Assembly (NCBI GenBank): GCA_036231405.1
Contig: JAZAHK010000046.1
Location: 160,001-224,000 of the forward strand
Reading direction: 5' to 3'
DNA: 64,000 nucleotides
Source: Nitrospinota bacterium
Lineage (GTDB): Bacteria > UBA8248
Positions 60,718-64,000 of the stretch are shown piece after piece. Every line of letters starts with the position of its first letter. Position 1 is the stretch's first letter. Under the pieces are notes generated by a model. The model was not told the origin of the DNA and searched no databases. It saw nothing but the letters and a program-made list of their open reading frames with translations. Both the position numbers and the translations under genes were made by a program.

Positions 60718-61767
60718 ATGTTTCCTATCAAACTAGGGATTTGGGCCCCCGTATGGGGTACATTTCTCGGTCAAAAAGAAGATCCATCTTCGGTTACTGA
60801 AGCTTCGTTTGATTTTAATGCTAAGTATATTAAGTACGCAGAGTCTCTCGGTTTTGAAAGTGTATTGCTATTGGATCGGAGCTTGAATAGTACCAAAGGT
60901 GTACGAGCACCCATTCTTGAGGCATGGATTACTGCCGCAGCTCTAGCTCCTATTACAAATTCCATTGAATTGATCGTAGCTAGTAGGAGTGCATATCGAC
61001 ATCCTGGGATAGTTGCGCAAATGGGTGCAAATCTTGATCGAATTAGTGGTGGGCGATTTGCTATTAATATTGTTTCTGGTTGGTGGGGACTTGAGCATGA
61101 AATGAATGGGATACCTTTCCCAGAGCATGACAAAAGGTACGATATTTCTTCAGAAGTTATAAAAATTTTAAAATCTTTTTGGCAGGGAGAAGCCTTTGAT
61201 TTCAATGGTGAGTTTTTTCAGATTAATCAAGGTATTACTTCTCCTGTCCCAATTAGGAAGCCTTGGCCAACAATATACTTTGGAGGAGAATCAGATGCGG
61301 CCATTCGTCTCGCTGCAAAGGCTGCAGATGTTTTTCTTTTTAATGGTCGTTCTATTTCTCTAGCCAAGAGCTTGATTGCTACAGTAAAAAAAGAAAATGC
61401 CCATTATGATAAAGATTTGAAATATGGGATGAGTGCTTTTGTGATTTGTCGAGATACTGATTCTGAGGCTGAAGAAGAGTTGGAGAAGTTGCAGTCTTCG
61501 TTGGGAAAGTCTGAAAAGTTAAAAAGTGTTGATAAAGATGCAATCCATAAAAAAACCAGTTCACGTTCAAAAGGTATTGGATCGAATGGTGGAATTGCAG
61601 CCGGTTTAGTTGGTAGTCCGAAAACGATCGCGGAAAAAATGATGGAATTCAACAAAGAAGGGGTAGAACTTTTTCTATTGCAGTTTCATCCGATGTTTCG
61701 GGAGATTGAAAGATTTTCTAGAGAGGTAATGCCTATTTTGCCTATTGGTAAGGGCCAGCTAAACTAA
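60718..61767 (+). CDS. LLM-class flavin-dependent monooxygenase (SsuD/SfnG-like)
   Basis: AESLGF, EAWITAAALAP.T, D.ISGGRFAINIVSGW, YFGGES, GLVGSP. Confidence 0.88.
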   Translation: MFPIKLGIWAPVWGTFLGQKEDPSSVTEASFDFNAKYIKYAESLGFESVLLLDRSLNSTKGVRAPILEAWITAAALAPITNSIELIVASRSAYRHPGIVAQMGANLDRISGGRFAINIVSGWWGLEHEMNGIPFPEHDKRYDISSEVIKILKSFWQGEAFDFNGEFFQINQGITSPVPIRKPWPTIYFGGESDAAIRLAAKAADVFLFNGRSISLAKSLIATVKKENAHYDKDLKYGMSAFVICRDTDSEAEEELEKLQSSLGKSEKLKSVDKDAIHKKTSSRSKGIGSNGGIAAGLVGSPKTIAEKMMEFNKEGVELFLLQFHPMFREIERFSREVMPILPIGKGQLN

Positions 61768-61796
61768 CCCCCAAGGAAAGTAAATCTGGCCCTTTT

Positions 61797-61840
61797 CCTG
61801 TCGCAAAGTCCGCCCGTTTGCCCTACGACAGGTTTTATAT
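61797..61840 (+). terminator. GC-rich hairpin followed by T-run between convergent genes; possible terminator
   Basis: cctgtcg...cgacagg stem with inner gcaaa/tttgc pairing, followed by TTTT. Confidence 0.5.
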
Positions 61841-61851
61841 GCTTTTTATTT

Positions 61852-64000
61852 TTAAGAACACCCGCTCGTGGCTCCGCATGTCATACATTTAAGACATGTG
61901 CCATTTCTTACCAAAGTAAATTGTCCACAATCTGTACATGCTTCGCCTTCATACCCTTTAGCTCTTGCCTCTTGAATAACAGTCCCCTGCGTACTTGTAG
62001 AGGAAATTATATTTATTTCTTCTTCTTTTTTGATGTCTTCTCTATAATCTAATTCTACTCTATCACTACGTGGCGCGGACACAGGTATTTCATCCGGATC
62101 TAAATCTTCAATTGCACCCTCTTCTTCAGCGTCGAACTCAGGAATTTCATTCTCAGGTCTTCCAATAGTATCGCTTCTTAAGTCTTCTGGTGTAACTTGA
62201 GAAAGGTCATGTCTCCCCAAATAAGTGATAGCAAGTTCGCGAAAAATATAGTCTATAATTGAAGTTGACATTTTAATATGTGGATTTCCGCTGACAATTC
62301 CGCCCGGTTCAAACCTGGTAAACACGAAAGCATCTACAAATTCATCAATTGGAACTCCATGTTGTAGTCCGAGTGAAATTGAAATGGCAAAGCAGTTCAT
62401 AAGGCTTCGGAATGCAGCACCTTCTTTATGCATATCAATGAAAATTTCTCCTATTGACCCATCTTCATATTCCCCAGTTCGAAGGTATACTTTATGTCCA
62501 CCTACTACAGCTTTCTGGGTGTAACCAGCCCTCCTCGTAGGTAGTTTTCTTCTCTTAGACTGGTACACGTACCTTTTAATAATTTGTCGTGCTAATAAGG
62601 TGGGAGTACTTTCTAAAGATTCAGTCCCTTGAAGAAGTTCAGTTTCTGATTGCGCAGAAAGAGGCTGACTCAATTTAGACCCATCACGGTAAATAGCTAT
62701 CGCTTTTGTCATTAATTTCCAAGAATCTTTGTAAATATCTTGTATTTCAGAAACAGTACTTTCTGTGGGCATATTAATGGTCTTACTTATTGCACCTGAA
62801 ATGAACGGTTGTGCAGAGGCCATCATTTCCACATGGGCAGCGGGTGGGATAAAACGGTGTCCGTCTTTACCACACTTATTTGCACAATCAAAAACTGGCA
62901 AATGTTTATCTTTAAGGTGAGGAGCATTTTCTATAGTCATTTTTCCGCACACGTAATCGTTTGCTTCCTGTATTTGTTCTTTCGTGAATCCGATTAGTTC
63001 CAGAAGATTTGTGTCCCAATTCTCTAATTGCTCGTCTTTTAATTTCAGATTTTCTCTACAAAAATCTTCTCCTAAGGAATACTTGTTAAATGCAAATTGT
63101 ATTTCAAATGCACCCTCAAGATCGGATTCTACTTTCTGTATTTCTTTGTCTGTGAACCCTTTCTCTTTTAAAGAATCAGGGTTTATATGTGGAGCATTTG
63201 TTATCGTACCCCTTCCTCTACAGTGGGCCACAATTTCTTTTGTCTTGTTTTCTGAATAACCCAGTCTTCTTAAAGCAAGCGGTACCGATTGATTTATTAT
63301 TTTAAAATAACCACCACCTGCCAATTTCTTGAATTTTACAAGAGCAAAATCTGGTTCAATTCCTGTAGTGTCGCAATCCATCACTAAGCCTATTGTTCCA
63401 GTTGGCGCTATAACAGTAACTTGGGCATTACGGTATCCGTTTTTCTCTCCTAATTTCAAAGCATTGTCCCAAGAATTTTGTGCGGCCTTCAGTAGATAAT
63501 CTGGACATATTTTAGGGTCAATGCCTCTTGGTTTTATTGATAGATTTTCGTATTCATTTTTTGGAGAATTATAGGCTACTCTTCTATGGTTTCTAACAAC
63601 ACGTAACATATTATTTTTATTGTGTTCATATCTACTAAATGGACCCAGTTCGCCTGCAATTTCAGCACTTGTTGCATAAGAACAACCGGTCATAATAGAA
63701 GTAATGGAGGAGCACCATGCATGAGCCTCAGTAGAATCATAAGGGATCCCCATTACCATTAGCAGGGTTCCCAAGTTCGCATATCCTAGACCTAGGGTTC
63801 TGTAATCATAAGATCTTTGTGCAATTTCAGAACTAGGGAACTGAGCCATTAGGACAGAAATTTCAAGCACTAAAGTCCATAACCTAACTACATGCTCGTA
63901 GTCGTCTACTTTAAAAACTCCTTTCTCAACGTCTAGAAACTTCATCAAATTCATAGACGCTAAATTACAAGCCGTATCGTCTAAGAACATATATTCGGAA
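61852..64000 (-). CDS. nrdJ: adenosylcobalamin-dependent (class II) ribonucleotide reductase, 5' truncated by window edge
   Basis: [51 protein letters not shown]-type C-terminus ending CTDC...[11 protein letters not shown]. Confidence 0.96.
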   Translation of the reverse strand, partial: SEYMFLDDTACNLASMNLMKFLDVEKGVFKVDDYEHVVRLWTLVLEISVLMAQFPSSEIAQRSYDYRTLGLGYANLGTLLMVMGIPYDSTEAHAWCSSITSIMTGCSYATSAEIAGELGPFSRYEHNKNNMLRVVRNHRRVAYNSPKNEYENLSIKPRGIDPKICPDYLLKAAQNSWDNALKLGEKNGYRNAQVTVIAPTGTIGLVMDCDTTGIEPDFALVKFKKLAGGGYFKIINQSVPLALRRLGYSENKTKEIVAHCRGRGTITNAPHINPDSLKEKGFTDKEIQKVESDLEGAFEIQFAFNKYSLGEDFCRENLKLKDEQLENWDTNLLELIGFTKEQIQEANDYVCGKMTIENAPHLKDKHLPVFDCANKCGKDGHRFIPPAAHVEMMASAQPFISGAISKTINMPTESTVSEIQDIYKDSWKLMTKAIAIYRDGSKLSQPLSAQSETELLQGTESLESTPTLLARQIIKRYVYQSKRRKLPTRRAGYTQKAVVGGHKVYLRTGEYEDGSIGEIFIDMHKEGAAFRSLMNCFAISISLGLQHGVPIDEFVDAFVFTRFEPGGIVSGNPHIKMSTSIIDYIFRELAITYLGRHDLSQVTPEDLRSDTIGRPENEIPEFDAEEEGAIEDLDPDEIPVSAPRSDRVELDYREDIKKEEEINIISSTSTQGTVIQEARAKGYEGEACTDCGQFTLVRNGTCLKCMTCGATSGCS

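Noticed and set aside
40299-61767. Genomic island integrated at tRNA-Asp
   Set aside because: Content shifts to accessory genes, but I saw no integrase, transposase or duplicated tRNA 3' end, and no obvious composition change
61797-61836. c-di-GMP-I riboswitch (minus strand AGGGCAAAC)
   Set aside because: Only a short match; lacks the GAAA tetraloop and GCAAAG/receptor elements, and lies 3' of genes

Overview
AT-rich bacterial chromosome segment. Gene order resembles deltaproteobacterial/Nitrospinota-type genomes, but taxonomy cannot be fixed from this window. Positions 1-40.3 kb are housekeeping genes, all on the + strand: the murA 3' end, hisG-D-B-H-A-F-IE, dnaG-rpoD-tRNA(CAT), a zinc-ribbon protein, RNase HI, rnpB, ilvA, purH, folC-folP-TSUP-panE-panB, the mraZ to ftsZ dcw cluster, pgeF-yggS-proC-yggT-mtnA and tRNA-Asp. 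Positions 40.4-64 kb are accessory metabolism: a TauABC/SsuABC-type ABC transporter in convergent layout, an FGE-domain protein, an exported cytochrome c / peroxidase / beta-propeller cluster, a RibD-like reductase, a TPP-dependent E1 alpha/beta pair, an RND pump, an apparent operon (Zn-ADH, queF, Mo-hydroxylase large subunit, AhpD/CMD protein, LLM monooxygenase), and the 3' part of class II RNR nrdJ. The strongest hidden signal is that ORFs 60037..60372 and 60385..60711 are one AhpD/CMD-family gene. It has an in-frame TGA at the second Cys position of CxxC (CNNU), followed by a SECIS-like hairpin, so it is a probable selenoprotein. Other notable items are a 48-bp Lys-rich tandem repeat in rpoD, RNase HI and yggT apparently starting at non-canonical codons, and an NcgB/NcgC-like cytochrome pair with no nirK beside it. 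All assignments come from motif recognition by eye; no searches were run.
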